From contig NW_015161427.1 of assembly GCF_001447785.1 (NCBI RefSeq), forward strand, positions 372,124 through 436,123: DNA of 64,000 nt, given 5' to 3'. The DNA is from Gekko japonicus (lineage: Eukaryota). The notes beneath the pieces were generated by a model. That model ran no database searches, was not told the origin of the DNA, and saw only the letters and a program-made list of their open reading frames with translations. Made by a program: the position numbers and the translations under genes. Positions 63,166-64,000 of the stretch are shown piece after piece; the stretch's first letter is position 1; every line of letters starts with the position of its first letter.

Positions 63166-63839
63166 GTCTGCTGAGATCAGGAAAGGGCCACTTCCAGCCA
63201 GGAAATGGGGTGGGGGAGGGGCTGCTCTGGGGTAGCTCTGCCTACGAGGGCTCCCTGCTGCTCCCAGTTAACCCGGCAGAGACTCCCCTCCAGGGAAGGC
63301 GGCCCGCTGGCCTGGCCTGGCCTGCATCATCAGGAGCTCACAGCTCTCCCAGTAGCCCCCCCCCCCCCCAGGCACCTGCTTCCCTCCAGGCCCACTGGAG
63401 CAGTGGGCATGCCCCCCCACGACCTCCAGAGAGGCCCCCCCCCCCCCCATCTCCCTGGCAGGCCCTCTCCTCACCAGGCATTCCTAGGCGGAGAGAACTT
63501 TGTGGAGCTCAGACAGAGGGAGGAAACAGGTTCAGGTCTAATCAAATCACACCATCATCGCTTTGCAGGTGAAAAGGCTTCCAGCCCCTCTCTCTCTCTC
63601 TCTGCTGAACTGCCAGGGGGCAGGGAACCCCAGGAGGAGCAGGAAGGTGTTGCGGGCAGGCCCCCCAGTGACGCCAGCAAGCTGGGGGGACGCACCTCTC
63701 CTGCGCTGGGTGCCACCCTCTGAAAGAAGACCCTGGGTTTCCCGAGGCCAGAGAGGAGCAGAGGGGGGTTGTTGTGTCTGAATAGCCATAAAAGTTCCCG
63801 GGAGAGCCAAAAGACGTGCCCCACCCCACCGCCCCAGAA

Positions 63840-64000
63840 GCCTGGCAGCGATGCCAGCCGCGGAGCCCCTGCCGAGCACGGGAAAGGCGCTCCGCGCCGC
63901 CGGGAGAGAGGCGCCAGAGGCACCGGCGGCAGCAGCAGCAGCTCCGACCGGTCTGCCCAGCTCTGTCGGCCGAAACCCGCGCCCTCCCACGCCGCCCAGC
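63840..64000. promoter_or_regulatory. Edge of a CpG-rich segment in or upstream of ZNF710 intron 1
   Basis: Abrupt rise in CpG density at the window end. Confidence 0.35.

Overview
Vertebrate genomic DNA, very GC-rich, with three N-gaps (18563-18600, 25609-26376, 39982-40845). The repeat content (CR1, L2, L2-tailed tRNA SINEs, 5S-derived SINEs, Penelope-like termini) points to a squamate, probably a gecko (inference). The window holds the conserved syntenic block CIB1 (+, last 4 coding exons), SEMA4B (-, 14 coding exons, exon 1 running into a gap), IDH2 (+, exons 2-11, exon 1 presumably in the second large gap) and ZNF710 (-, 4 coding exons plus part of intron 1). I traced every exon by reading frame and splice dinucleotides. 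Introns and the SEMA4B-IDH2 intergenic region hold about 14 copies of a ~206-bp hAT-type MITE, a young 5'-truncated CR1 with an uninterrupted ORF2, and many SINE and LINE fragments. The most notable points are: a missing donor plus in-frame TAG at SEMA4B exon 9; a GC-AG intron in SEMA4B; a 5-codon loss before the first ZNF710 zinc finger; a 1-kb double-LTR element with a 5-bp TSD; an AT-rich palindromic element in IDH2 intron 4 with a perfect 33-bp inner stem; relic hammerhead-like cores in Penelope termini; and two tightly abutting convergent 3' ends. I found no convincing new protein-coding system. Most ORFs in the six-frame track are GC-rich noise. Comparisons with human orthologues are from memory and were not searched.
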